Shown: positions 36,010-48,803, counted from the first letter of the stretch. The stretch is 64,000 nucleotides of DNA from Eukaryota sp. TZLM1-RC (GCA_040285825.1 JAUPSS010000001.1:3658001-3722000), one strand, 5' to 3'. Notes: generated from the sequence alone by a model not told the origin. Numbers and translations are program-made.

Positions 36010-36900
36010 CTACAGATAAAATCTTCTCCTATTCTTGACATCTGGAGCTGCATCCCTTTTGAACTCAAACTCGCCATCAATAGGATCAAAAACACCTCGC
36101 TGCAACCATTGTAGTTTCAAAGTGAACTGAGGTCCCAACTCTTGCATTCTAGTCTTGGCATTGCTAAAGTCCACTATATCTTGACCTTTTGAATCTTTAT
36201 AAAAATCAAAAATAAATCGATGGAACCTAAAAAAAATGTAATCCCGCTGATTGTGGAGTGTGACTACTTGTCTACCCTTGGGGTCAGAATTAACAGGAAA
36301 CAAGCAATGCAACATTCTGGAAACACGATGTCCAAGTCTAGTGGAAAACTGATTCATTATAACTTCTGGTGGATGTGACGTAGGTTTCCCATGATGACGG
36401 ACGGCCTTGCGGGGAACGTAGTTAGAAAGTTTGTAGACAGCAGTTGGTCCATGAGGTAAATGTATATGAGTGAATAAATACGGCTTAGATTTGGCTTCAG
36501 ATACCACAACAAGGTCTGTAAAGTTGGATTCTGTTGCCATTTTGCATAGTTGTTTGATTGTTTGCGTTTTGTCTGTTCTTCTGTAAAACGATCCATGAAT
36601 GAGGTCCGAAAATTCTGAAACAAAGGTCCTGGTAAGACCTGAGGGTCGATAAGTGGATGTAACAAGAACATTGGATGCACGTTCACCAGAGAAATAGTCT
36701 GCAAACTCATCAATTTCATCGAGTTGTTCTATATGAGGATCTTCTGGATCAAGAAATGTGACTTCATGTGCACGGGTATTGTCTAAGGTTCTGGGAATCT
36801 TCTTTGGTGGATCAGCTGTATGTTCTGAAGAATCAGAATGTGAATCAGAGTCAGAGTCGTCGTTTTGTGCTATAGATTGTAGACGTTTTCGCGACGCCAT
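36010..36900 (-). CDS. RPF1: Ribosome production factor 1 (Brix domain)
   Basis: HLPHGPTA, PEVIMNQFSTRLGHR, HNQRDYIFFRFHR, ELGPQFTLKL; ATG at 36900. Confidence 0.92.
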   Translation of the reverse strand: MASRKRLQSIAQNDDSDSDSHSDSSEHTADPPKKIPRTLDNTRAHEVTFLDPEDPHIEQLDEIDEFADYFSGERASNVLVTSTYRPSGLTRTFVSEFSDLIHGSFYRRTDKTQTIKQLCKMATESNFTDLVVVSEAKSKPYLFTHIHLPHGPTAVYKLSNYVPRKAVRHHGKPTSHPPEVIMNQFSTRLGHRVSRMLHCLFPVNSDPKGRQVVTLHNQRDYIFFRFHRFIFDFYKDSKGQDIVDFSNAKTRMQELGPQFTLKLQWLQRGVFDPIDGEFEFKRDAAPDVKNRRRFYL

Positions 36901-37396
36901 TATCACACAGATTGCCTATAACAATGGCAATAAATGAAGAGGGATTGACACTTGGCAGTATTTATCGTCTTAAAAATCTTTAGAAATCTTTGTCAATGTT
37001 AATTATCTGGAGTCATGCTGTACTGGTCTTATAAAAACCACTTTCATGTGCTTTTATCATTGTCCGTACAATTATTACAATGTACAAAGGAAGAAAATAA
37101 AGAATACATCCTGATCTTGAGTGTAGATGGCAAGAAATCAACACCATTGACTAAAAGCAAATGCTGCACCAAATAACTGATTCAACCCTACAACTGATTA
37201 ACTTTATTCTAAGGAATCTAACACAATGATGAATTCTGTGAAACCAATAATTTTGAAATTACCTCTTGTTCATCAAAAATAAGGGTAGTATGGAAGAGAT
37301 GGAGCTATTATACTTGTAAGAAATTACAATTACATAATATAACGTGATACCGATGCTAAAAGTCGAAATTCTTCAACTTTCTATAATTTAAATTAC

Positions 37397-37798
37397 ATGA
37401 GTTCATCACGTTGGTCTTCTGTTACTGCTGACGAAATTGACACTTCTGATGGTTCTGTACCAGCTACTCCTGAGCCAATTCTACAACCCACTACAACTCC
37501 CTCAGAATCTACTACTACCGGCGACAGTACACAACCCCCGTCTTCTCTAGTGTCTCAAAAGGAGTCCAATCAGGATTCAGGTATTGCAGTGCCCGTTGTC
37601 ACATATCCTGCTACTGAACCTTCGAAAGAGGAAGAGGTTTGTTTCTTTTCCATGCACTCATTTTAGGATGCAGCTTTGGAACAAGCTGAAACCGAGGCCC
37701 GTCAGAAGTTTGGTAACCTTACAACTAATGTTGCTGCATTCCAGCGTCGTAAGTTGCGGAAACGATTTGACTCTGCTGACTTTTTCAAGCAAAAGTAG
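37397..37798 (+). CDS. ENSA: Endosulfine / ARPP19 / Igo family PP2A-B55 inhibitor (intron 37637-37666)
   Basis: After the 30-nt intron the frame reads ...ARQKFGNL...RKLRKRFDSADFFKQK, the FDS(G/A)D signature. Confidence 0.85.
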
Positions 37799-37946
37799 GT
37801 CATGTTTCCCTTGTTTTCTGTATTATTATAGATTTTGTTTGTTTTAATTTATTCATAAACTTTATATCAGTTTTGGTTCGTGTTTCATATTATTACATCA
37901 ACTATTACATCTATTGTACATGTGTAAAGCTCCCATTCTACTGAAA

Positions 37947-38205
37947 TCATGTTGAAGACGGAACTTGCTCCAAACTGACAATAGAATTGCCGCGAACTAC
38001 CTGGAATGAGAGAGAAGGCTGAACAAACTGTGATGCCCATAGCTATCAGTTTATCTTTGCTGACTTCCACGCAGTTTTCTAGTGTGAGATTCATGAAGTG
38101 ATCAAAGCCTGTAAGACGACCTTGGACTGTACGATTTGCATTAAGGTTTACCTCGACAAGGGTTCCCAAATAAGAAGTAAGCTCAGGCGGAAGTGTTTTA
38201 GACAT
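37947..38205 (-). CDS. SNRPG: snRNP core protein SmG (intron 38028-38001)
   Basis: PELTSYL..LNANRTVQGRLTGFDHFMNL, and after splicing VVRGNSIVSLE. Confidence 0.92.
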
Positions 38206-38464
38206 TGGTTTGTAGTGTAAAGACGATCCGTTATATCTAATGTGTTTTTAGGGATTATTTATTCATTCAACCAAACAATACAGCGTCTTACTTCAGCTGT
38301 TAGCTTGATCTGCATCCCTAATTCTAATACCTTTATTAAACTAAACACATGGGACGAAATTCGTAGCACCAAGTTGTCCTCTTTGATGTCATTGTCATAT
38401 CAGCTGTGTTTTTCTGTGCCTTTGAATTTAACCACTTACAATATTCACTTTCCTTCTTAGAAAC

Positions 38465-39060
38465 AAAGTGTCATTTGCAACATTACAGGAATTTTTTTCT
38501 CTAAACAAAGGCTCTTTAGTATGGTCTGATTCAAACATTTGTTGCCATATAATAGACAATGTCTTTGACAGGATCACGCAGTGAAGACCGTTCAGTTAGC
38601 AATTTAGGACAATTTAAAGCAATTGAGCTGCATATAATGTTACAGTGATTATATTCATTCGTTTTGGTAAAACCAGCAATAGTCACAATTAGTATAATTA
38701 ATTTCAGGTTTATTGCCGTTGAACGATTGGGGAATGTATTGATTCCATCTTTCTGCATCAATTATTGAAGTTTGTTCCTTAAGTGCCCAATAATGTTGTT
38801 GTCTTGTTGCTAATAAATCTTCTTAATTGGCATATCCTTCACAACACAAATAAATAGCAATTTTGAATCCTGCCTTAAAAGCACGCGAAGTCAGCACTAA
38901 GGCTTTAGTATGGCCTAGCCAACCAAGGTGTGGACTAAGGTAAGCATGATTAGTAATCTGGGACATTCTACCCCAAAAGTTTAGACAAAATTTGAGCAGT
39001 GTAAACTTCTGGGCCACAGGTCTGGAGAGAAGAGGATGAATAGATCGAAATATATTGTGG
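38465..39060 (-). mobile_element. Degenerate internal fragment of CRE-like family A
   Basis: Similarity to 3520-3770 (CNVAND; HDPVKD region) plus a GGLG-like 'HLGWLG'. Confidence 0.65.
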
Positions 39061-39569
39061 AAATTTAAATTGACGCAGAGCTCATTATGGTAAATTTAAA
39101 ATGTTACTGTACAACCAATTTAATCATTTGTGTTGCCTGTGGGCTAGGGTTAGACATATGTATAGAGAGAGTAGTTTATTACGACGGGAAATGAGCTGTA
39201 GTGAATTTCAATACCATCACTAGTGAAGTCTCCATGACAGAACAATAAACATTAAGCTAATATACAAGAATAAACGGATAAGTCTAACTACACTTTAGAA
39301 TAGTGTAAAGACTAACATTTTGTCATGTTTTTCGAAATCAATGTTCAAATTATCAGATAATTGTTTGGAATTGGTTAATAGTTCATCATGATTGTTCAAA
39401 ATGGAACCCGAATGACAAATAACATTAGATGAACATAATTTGTAACCGTAAATTCAATTCCATCAACTGTTGTAGAAATTGGAGAATTTGAAGGAAAAAC
39501 ACATTGAAGATAGAATTCTGTCGTTGAATAATTCTGTGAATAACAATTGCCATTTTTACAACCATCAAG

Positions 39570-39704
39570 TGTTGTGGTCACTGAGAAACTAGGCTGGTAG
39601 ACAGATGAGAAATTCACTTGATGATGTGGTACTTGTTCAAGAACAAGTAAATTACTAGCCTCCTTTTTTCTTCTTTTATTTGGTATGACTGTCTAACATC
39701 ATCA
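39570..39704 (+). mobile_element. Solo LTR of the element C family
   Basis: 135 bp, TGTTG...CATCA, clearly similar to 57086-57224 and 58039-58177; flanks CAAG/CAAT (4-bp TSD, one mismatch). Confidence 0.85.
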
Positions 39705-39972
39705 CAATTTGCCTATTAAAACTACATCTTCCATGTATTTACTCAATTTTTCTGAAGATATCATTATTTGATGTTGTAAAACAATCATAATGAGCTGTTG
39801 GACAAAAGTTCTAGAATTCGCAATGACGTCCTCTTGTGTAAAGCTACTTAATTATTTCAAAAAGGAATCAGCAAAGTATAAATTTGAATTAGTGCAACGG
39901 TTTGAAATATGGTACTCAGGTTTGCAAGTATTTCAACACAACGCCAGTGAATATGAAAGCAACTCCATTAGT

Positions 39973-42230
39973 GATGATCTAGCCCATTATTTTCAACAAT
40001 TAATTGTTTTGAAAAATGAATCCTCCATTTGAATTACTCGCAGCACGTCTGATTGCTTTAGTAAAGCCTGGAAACGGAATCAAACCTGATGGAATACGCC
40101 CAATTGCTGTTGGTGAATCTCTTTCTCGTTTGCTAGCATCAATTGTCTTCGATCGTGTCAAAGACAAAGCTTCTACATTTTTGAATCCTCATCAATTTGG
40201 AATCAAAACAATTGATGGTGCTTCTGTTGCTGCTATTGCCTCTGATACCTTTTTTAATGCAGAGGAAAATAATTTTATTTTTAATCTCGACTTTAAAAAT
40301 GCTTTTAATTCTGTAAAGCGAGAAGCAATTTTTGAAGTTATTAAATCTGATTTTCCTGAGCTATCGAGTTTTTTCTACCATTTTTATGGGAAAGAATCAG
40401 ATTTAATTTTTAATTCATTTGGTCTTAAATCATCTTCTGGAGTGAAGCAGGGAGATCCTTTAGGCCCATTATTGTTTTGTTTAGCTATTCACAAAACTTT
40501 AAATATCATTAAGCAAAAATACCCTTCCATAAAAATAGTTGCTTATATGGATGATATATCCTTGATTGGTTCATTTGATTTACTAGAATTGGTTGCTCAA
40601 GAAATTGCCGATTCATATGAAAATATTGGGCTTCATCTTAATGCGAGCAAATGCCTTCTGATTGGCTCTTCTGCTCAAGATCTCGTGATTAACGATTGTA
40701 TTGTCCCTTTTACTAATAATAGAAGTGATGCTTTTAAGTTCCTTCGTTGTTGGTTAGGAAACGTGCCTCAAATTCAGAATGAATTGCAAGTGATTTTGGA
40801 AAAAATGAAAATTGAACTTGAATCAATTTCTGCATTAGATATAGAAAAGCATATTAAATTTTTCATGCTTAAAATTTGCTACACTGGGAGAATAACCCAC
40901 ATTTCGAGATCTTGTGCTCCTTCCATAGCATTAGATTTTTGTCGTTCTTTTAATTCAGTGAGAACAGAATTTTTTGCTGATTTATTGGATGTAGAACCAA
41001 GAATGTTGAAAAGCCATTTATTTTTATTTTCTTCAGCAAATTTGGGTGGTATTGGATTTACTAAATCTTCAATTTTGTGTCAATCAGCATTCTTGGGTGG
41101 TGGCAAAAATTTTATTTATGAATTTTCTCGTAGATTTCCTGATGATTCTCATCTGTTAGTTCCCAATTCCAGTCCCTATTTGTATGAGTTATCTTGTGAA
41201 CTTGAAAAATTGCCGCCACAAATTTGGACCAAATGTTTTCCTCAGTCAATTCAAGAAATTCCAAACCGATCTCTTTTTGATTTACAGTTTTGCTGTAAAA
41301 AGCTTCAACAAAAATTGTCAAAGATTTTTGAAAGCTTGTATTTTGATGTTAGACTTGGCTTGGCCAAGAAAAAGAATCCCGCTTTTGCAAATCTTTTACA
41401 AGATATGTGTGACAGTACTTCTTCTGCCTTAGTAACAACAATTCCCCAAGTTTATGGTACTCTCTTAACCGATTCTGCTTGGATTCTGAATATGAGATTT
41501 CGTTCCTTTATCTGGCCTGATAATTTACCTCATAATTTAATTTGTAAATGCTCTCGAGAAATTACAACTACTCATTTGTTAAATTGTAAACATTTTATTA
41601 CTTTTAGAAGCAAGGTTTATGATGCTGTAAGAAACCAGTTATATTGTATGTGTAAATCTCATACAATTGAATCCTTCTTGGAACCTCTGTTGTCAAATCT
41701 GTTTGATGCTGAAGATGATTTTCATAAGAATAATAGAGATGATGTCATATTACCTGGATTAGATGGAAGCTTCATTTTATTGGATGTAATGTCTGTTGAT
41801 CCTTGTAATGCCTCAAATGAAAGGCTTGTTAATTCTGAAATTCATAATCCCCTTTCAAATGCTGAAAATTTTAAATTCAAAAAATACAATGAACCTTTGT
41901 CCAAATTGGCCAGTCTACAGCATGCAAAATACAATTTGTATCCATTTGTATTTTCCCTTTTTGGTTCACTTGCACCAACTGCTTTACGTTTTTTGGATGA
42001 TTTTGAAATGATTGTAAGGAGAAGAACTGGCAGAAATTTTAACAGATTGTTTTGGCAAAATAGAATTGTGTTTTCTATTTTTAAGGGGATGTTGAAGATG
42101 GTTTCTGATGCTTTGCTTTCTCTTGGATCTCACTATGAGAGAGTTGCATCTAGTGTTTTTGTTTTGGGAGAGATGGATTTTTTAGATGTTGTTTTATAGG
42201 TTTTGAATAAAATTAAATTTAAATAAAAAA
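39973..42230 (+). mobile_element. Young 5'-truncated CRE-like retrotransposon (family C); 727-aa RT+RLE ORF 40016-42199
   Basis: IRPIAVGE, LDFKNAFNS, GVKQGDPLGP, YMDD, GGIG, CKC-x7-HLLNC, KKY; short A tail; TSD AACTCCATTAGT (39961-39972) / AACTCCATCAGT (42231-42242). Confidence 0.95.
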
Positions 42231-42609
42231 AACTCCATCAGTAGCTTTTATTCTATGATGGAAATCTCATAAACAACCAACGCCTTGAAAGATCTGTGTT
42301 CCACTTCTAATGCTAACATTGCCAAGAACCAGATTTTTCGATTTGAGTGTTCAATCTTATTCAAACTGTTGTGAGAAATGAAAGTGAGAAAACAGGATTT
42401 TTGCATTAGATGACGAGAAGTGTTGGGTGATATTACGATGCAGTCACTGGTAATATATTTTCGGATACAGAACAACAGATACAAACGTCACTTAAATACA
42501 AATGTTGGAAGTTAATGATTGAGAATACATTTCAGGTATCCAAGAGTCAAATTTGAATATAATTGTATTTTTAGTTTTATTGTTTCTTCATTCAAGAAAT
42601 ATTTAATAC

Positions 42610-43500
42610 TACATAATGCTGTCGAGACACTGTTTTTAATATGGCAAAAAATGCAAGAGCATCTTTGTTATTAAGGAGAATTTGCTGGGAGAAAAACTGT
42701 CATTAAACAAGTTTGGTTCTGCTGATTGAGGTGTTTTTTACTGCGATGTTACAAACGACATTTTGGTGCAAACAAGAAAGTTTAATCCTGTAGATGCACC
42801 TGCATTAAATTATCGTATTTATTGAATTTGCACACTTGATTAAATTAAATCATAACTAATGGGACGACTATCATTAAACCAAGATTTCCTCTACAAAATC
42901 TTGATTTGCTTGCTGTCTAGCTAAAGCTTCTCTAATTCGATTGAAAAACCGCGGTAATCTATTAAAAATGGCAAATTGAATCCGTGAACGCCATAAAAAA
43001 ATATCAAATCTTTTCATTGTTTTTTCTTGCACCAATTTTTGGAAGTCATCCAAAAAAGTTTCTGCTTCAACTGATAATCTTCCATTTATCGAAAATGGGA
43101 AAGCAATAAAAACCAGCTGTGTATTTCTATCGACATTTGCATCTTCAATTTCTTTATCATATTTTCTATGTTTTTCTTTTGAATTCAATGCAAAAGAAAA
43201 GCTAGAAACTATGACAAAAGTATCGAAACAGCTAATTCTGATAGAAACACTAGTTAAATTGCTTTTCTATTTTCCTGTATCGGGAAACTATAAGTAGAAG
43301 CATGAAATTTTTTGAATGGTTTTTTTAAATTGGTCAAAGAAAAAACAATAAATAGAGTTGATGTCATGTAGTGGCGGTCGCTAATTCAATTTGTTGAAAT
43401 TATTAGTTCACCTTAATTTCTTAATCTACCAAGAAAAACAATGGCGAAAAAACAACCAGATCAGGTCATTGTAGAGGAAATCTTGGTTCATCGAATTCCC
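42610..43500 (+). mobile_element. Old CRE-like family A fragment (42610-42810 + 43186-43500) split by an antisense family A copy
   Basis: Halves join at NPV...KEKxRNYDK; degenerate. Confidence 0.7.
42815..43188 (-). mobile_element. Young 3' fragment of CRE-like family A
   Basis: ORF 42874-43188 plus the family A 3' UTR. Confidence 0.9.
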
Positions 43501-44154
43501 CATCAGTTCTGTTTAAATGTCATTTTGTGTTGTTCGATACTAGGTTGAAGCCAGGAACAATAACTTTATTTTATATTGAATGAACTAAACATCAAAACAA
43601 GAGTAATCAAAAAGACAATCATCCCGAACATCCTTTTCATGAAAAAAACTACCCCAGTTACTTCGCAAACTCAGACTTTATCTTATTCTTCGGTCATCCC
43701 ATTGATCTCCATTAAATTTCAACATCATAAGTGAACATTCTGGAAGACAAACGAAATCTGTCTTCAAGAAACATAACTTCCAAGCGAACACTAACGTTTA
43801 TTTTGTGAAGAACTTGCAGAAATAGACGAAGGGACATGATATGTAGATTTTTTGAGAAGTGTTTAATACAATATTACTTCCTTCCGATATATGGGGAACC
43901 TAATTGTTTGGCAGTTTATGTTTATTTTCCTGCCTGATAGGAAGTTAAGAACGCATATATGCCTGGCAAGTGACCTGATTGCTATAAAAAATAGAAATTT
44001 TACTTCCAAAATAATATTCTTTTCAAAGTCCGAAAATGTGTCAGAAAGTGCAAAAACAAAATCAGATGAAATATGATAAAATTTTTATTATGCATACCCT
44101 GCAATACTTGCTTAGGAAAGAGGTTTTTTGATTAAAAATAAAACTGTCAGATAT

Positions 44155-45233
44155 TTATTCTACGGAGAAACAAAACAAAACAAAACACATAAAAAACAAA
44201 ATTCTCCACGCTCACTCTTGATAAATCCTTATACAGCTTGGACATCATTAAATTCAAGTATTTGGGAACACTTCTGTACAAGCAAAAATGATTCTATTCT
44301 TTCGCAAATTCCTTGCAAAGTTTTTACCACTGGAACGACAGAAATTATCGAAATGATTGAGAAAAATCAAGGCAGATTGTCCAATGTTGCCAAAAATCGA
44401 TAAGGCGAAAGGAACAAACGAAAACTTCGAGTAAAGGTTCCCATTTTAATCAATTAATAACTCAGTATATTTGTCTCGTTTACGGTCCTCAGCCTTGTTT
44501 TAATGACGATTAGCACTGACTAAAACATCATCACGATAAATAAAAGCAAAGCATCAACTGTAGTAAAATCACCAACAACTTGAGAGGAATCCACAAAAGC
44601 AGCAATTAAATCACCTCGACGTGCCTTAAACATATTGTTATTGCTATAATGCTTCAACAACGGTTCTACTTTTCAACTAAAATTGTAACATTGAAACATC
44701 TCATATGTCACATCACAAACGGCATAATGAAGAACTGACCGATATTGAAGAAACTTCGTACAACTTACAATATGACGGAAATTGACAGTCGGTTTTTCGT
44801 TAAAAATGCAAACAGAATTATCCAAAAGTCCACTAGGAAACATCCCCAATTCAAACGCATTTTTTGTTTCCAAGTTTCTTTTGCAAGGTGAAGACCAAAT
44901 GTCCTTGATTGCTGAGATATTAAACTAGTGCAATTCTGGATGTCGTGTAAAAAGGCGGTAAAGACGAAATTATTTATTTTAGTCAGATTAAGTCATTTAG
45001 AAAAATTCATGTCTTCAAAACCAATTGAAACTGACCTCAATGATTTCACAAAAGTGAGATGAAGATTAGACAAAGCTCTCGAAGGTAAAGAAGGCAAACT
45101 TGGAAGGAAAAAACCTATTCCACATATCAATAGGTAGTTCCTGCACCATTTCACCATTTCTTCGAGTGAAAGCAAAAGAGCATGTGATTCATTCAAAGGA
45201 AATGGAACAAACCGGAGTTTCCACTCCAACAGT
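44155..45233 (-). mobile_element. 5'-truncated CRE-like retrotransposon, family E
   Basis: CIF..HIVSC, VLHYAVCD, RRGD motifs; TSD AAACTGTCAGATAT (44141-44154) / AAACTGTCAAATAT (45234-45247). Confidence 0.9.
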
Positions 45234-45459
45234 AAACTGTCAAATATAGGGATTTTTCTCTAAAAAAACACAAAACAGAAATATAACAATTGAATTAAGG
45301 GACAAATAGTTAAGTTTAATGTCAAAAGCTACTTGGAAATTATAAAAACAAAATTTTCTGTATCTTTCATTATCCTGACCTAATCCGAAGTCATGTATTT
45401 CCATTATCATATTTAATATATTATATATGCTATGAATATTTCACTAAATTGTCTATTCT

Positions 45460-46595
45460 TTGTGAAGCTGCTTTCTTTGGTGGAGGGAAAAATTTTGGTT
45501 TTGAATTTCGCAACTGCTTTTGCAATGATGTTGATTTTTTCAATTCTACAAGCAATAATTATTGAAGATACCTTGCAAATGCTGATGAGTTTTTATCCCC
45601 CGAATGTTGAAGTAAATGCTTACCCGATAATGAATAGGAAATACAACCTAGAACACTAATTCATTTGAGGTAATGTGTTAAAAATTGCAACAAAAGTTAA
45701 AATTTAGATAATTAAAATTAGATAAATAAGGCTTGGATTTTAAGCTTCGTCTTGGCTCAGCCAAAAAAGTTAATCCCGCTTCCGTAAATTTTTCTTAGAT
45801 GCTTCTTCTTGTTTTATTTTTCAGATTCCTCAAATTTACGTAGCTCTTTTAGATGATACCGAATTTTCTTGTACAATGTGGCTTTCAATGTTTTTTATAA
45901 CCCCAGAATCAGCCTAATATTTTAAGTAGCAACTTTGGATCAAAATTGTGTCCAAATCGTCTGTTAAATTATAGAAACTTTTATTGTTCAATCAAAGATC
46001 CGTGATGCAGATAGGAATCAACACTAGTGTATGTCAAAATTACATAGAACTGTTTCATATTTAGAATTTTTACTCCTTCGTTTGGTTGATGAAGATAGTT
46101 TGAATTCTTTTCGTCGAAATAGACGTATTTAATTCTTGTAGGTCTTGAAGGGACGACCATTATTTCTGCTGTGAGATCAACTGATGTGGTGATAATTCTT
46201 ATATATCATGAGCTCAGTTAGAATTAGGGAATCTATTTTTTGTCTCTTGCCCAAAACACTCAAACTGAAAAATATAAAGCAAAGTTGTTGTCCTTGAATT
46301 CTGAATCGCATACTGATTATGTCCTTTGTCCATTTGTTTCTTCTTAAATGGCAAACTTGGATTACTTGCTTTATTTGTCTTGGACGATTTTGTTGAAACT
46401 GTACAGCTCCGTTCAGGAAAAATTTATGACAAACCGTTTTGGCAGAACAGCATTGTTGTTTTAAATAAAGGTGTTGTCCCTTTATTGTCTTCTGCTTTAT
46501 TATCTCTTGGCCTTTTTTATGAAGACAAAACTTCAAGTCAATTCTTCTTGGCTGATTTGGGATATGACAATTTGGAATTTGAAGTTTGTTGTTGA
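45460..46595 (+). mobile_element. Highly degenerate CRE-like retrotransposon, family F
   Basis: CEAAFFGGGKN, KKVNPA and FWQNSIV segments align with the other families. Confidence 0.7.
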
Positions 46596-46923
46596 ATTTT
46601 TCAGAAAAAACAAATTCGGATCTATTAGAAAAACTTGGAACTTAGTTAAATCAATTAAAAATATGTAGTGTTCATTACTCAAAATTAATTGTAACATAGA
46701 AAACTATTGTTAAGGCATTCGCACCTGTGTTACCTCGGAAGATATACATCATTTTTTTGGATATGCAGATGTTGAAAAAAAACCAGCGTCAGTCTCAATG
46801 AACAAAATAACGTCCAAAGTGTACAAGTTTGGATAATGTACTAGATGTGCTAGATGTTCGCACGAAATCTAGTGATTTGTTATCACTGAAAAATCACACA
46901 AAACAATTAAAATAAAATTAAAT

Positions 46924-47064
46924 GTGTTCCCAAATACTTAAATTTAATGATGTCCAAGCCGTATAAGGATTCATCAAGAGTTGGCGTGGAGAATTTTGTT
47001 TCTTATGTGTTTTAGTTTTTTTTGTTTTGTTTCTTCGGAGAACTTTTGAAATTTAATTAATAAA
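46924..47064 (+). mobile_element. 3' tip of CRE-like family E
   Basis: Matches 2160-2275 in reverse; possible AT-rich TSD TAAAATAAAAT(T/C)AAAT (46908-46923, 47065-47080). Confidence 0.75.
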
Positions 47065-47531
47065 TAAAATAAAATCAAATAATAAACAATACAATAATAG
47101 TTATGTGATTTGTTCAGGACCCAAATCGTAATTACCCACAACATGATCTCGTCTGCTGAAGAACTGCTACTCTTATATGTTCTAGCATTCATAGATCTTC
47201 CAAAGATCGACTCTAGACTTGGAATCATTAAGTTTATAACTTCTTGTACTAGTCATTTTTTTGTGTGTACTTTCGTCATAGCAGAACAGTTTTTCAGGCC
47301 TAAAGATTGCAAGGTGGAATCTGAAGACCTGGTGCAATAAATTCTCAATTTTTCAATTCTCATTATTTCCATTGAATAAACATGGAGGTTTGTTTTAGCA
47401 ACTTCAACAGTTGTTCCCTTTTAAACATCAGCACCATAATTATCTAACAGCATTAGTCACTGAAAATTGGGCTACTATTAAACACAATTGGAGAGGGTTA
47501 TTCGGATAAGGGAACTCTAATTGTCTTTATC

Positions 47532-48365
47532 TGATGCCGTTAGGCAGATGAACACGCCAAGGAGAGAGAGAAATTGGAGTTTATTAATAAAACTGATTCA
47601 TAAACGAGTATCACGTCATCAGTCAAAATACAATGAAACCCACAAATTCAATTTAAGTTCGAAAACAACACTACTTTTTCCCATTTTTTCTGAGGACAAA
47701 TACAGTACTGGCTCAATAGAGGGAAGATATGGGGTTTGTTAAATTCTCTGGCGCATCGATGGTATGAGAACGTTCGAGACCTGCGGGAAGAATTCCTCTG
47801 GCAAATCGGTTCAGAAAAGCTATGTCTGGCAACTTCAGTCCGGAAGCCCTACTCTTTACCTGGAAAAAACGTCGCAGGTAGCAGGACATTCGTTCTCGGA
47901 CGTCACCAATACGGACATCAAGCTTCAGTACTGACATAGCCAGACTAAAATCTTTGTACATGGCGAACGATACGAAAGATTCTAGATGTCTTAGAAGAAC
48001 ATCGTCAATGGATCAGACGTCGGATTTCTGGAGAGATTGGGACTCTAACAGAAAAGAATCGACCAGGAGTCTTGCTGGAACGAGCTCTTTCTTAGGAGTC
48101 ACAGAAGAATAGATCTTCCACTCCTGTAGGAACAGAAGAACACTTTCAATTTTCATGGAAGACAGAGACGAGACGGGAGGTTGACAGAGGGTACAGTCAT
48201 CTAAAATAACAAGGGCGAATAATTATTGATGCCGTTAGGCAGATGAATACACGAAGGAGAGAGAGAAATCCATGTTTATCAATAAAACTGATTCATGAAC
48301 GAGTATCACGTCATCAGTTACAATACAATGAAACCTACTAATTCAATTTAAGTTCGACAACAACA
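47532..48365 (-). mobile_element. Miniature LTR element B (139-bp LTRs), gag remnant only
   Basis: LTRs 47532-47670 and 48227-48365, TG...CA; PPT at 47671-47690 on the minus strand; CA|ATAATTATTCGCCC after the 5' LTR; gag-like frame 48200-47713 homologous to element C; flanks TATC/GATC. Confidence 0.9.
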
Positions 48366-48803
48366 GATCTACTTGTTCCACCATCTATTTGTTGTGGTAT
48401 ATTCAAATAAAATAAATAAATAAATGAAATAAATAAATTCAAATATAATGTTTCAACATCATTCATCAACTGGGCACATTGATCAAAATACTTTACATGA
48501 AAATTGAATTACGCTTTGAATCAGCTGTGGAATAACCTGTATTGAACACTTCATGTTTCGGATTAGCAAAATTTAGTTGCACTAGATTGTTCTGCTCAAG
48601 ATTTATTCTTCCTGATTATGTTACGATTACTTTATGGGCTTCATGTCGTGTATACTAGCACAATGAAGTTGTTTTTAAAAGGTTAGCTTTTAAAAATCTA
48701 CAAAACCAAAAGAAAATAATCTACAATATATTAAACAAAAAAACTAGAAAAATACAACTTAAATACATTCAAAAAACTAAATAAATTCAATAAAGAAAAC
48801 AAA

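Larger units (their letters stand above)
39396..42560 (-). pseudogene. Decayed host gene (Cys/Ser/Thr-rich, surface-protein-like) interrupted by a solo LTR and a CRE-like insertion
   Basis: Removing the solo LTR and one TSD copy gives a continuous frame GRCSFNRQIDGCKNGNCYSQNYSTTEFYLQCVFP; protein-like frames with stops continue on both sides of the CRE insertion. Confidence 0.4.

Noticed and set aside
45553-45564. A further CAATAATTATTG palindrome
   Set aside because: It lies inside a degenerate CRE-like coding region, with no LTR before it and no GCC after it; likely chance in AT-rich DNA.
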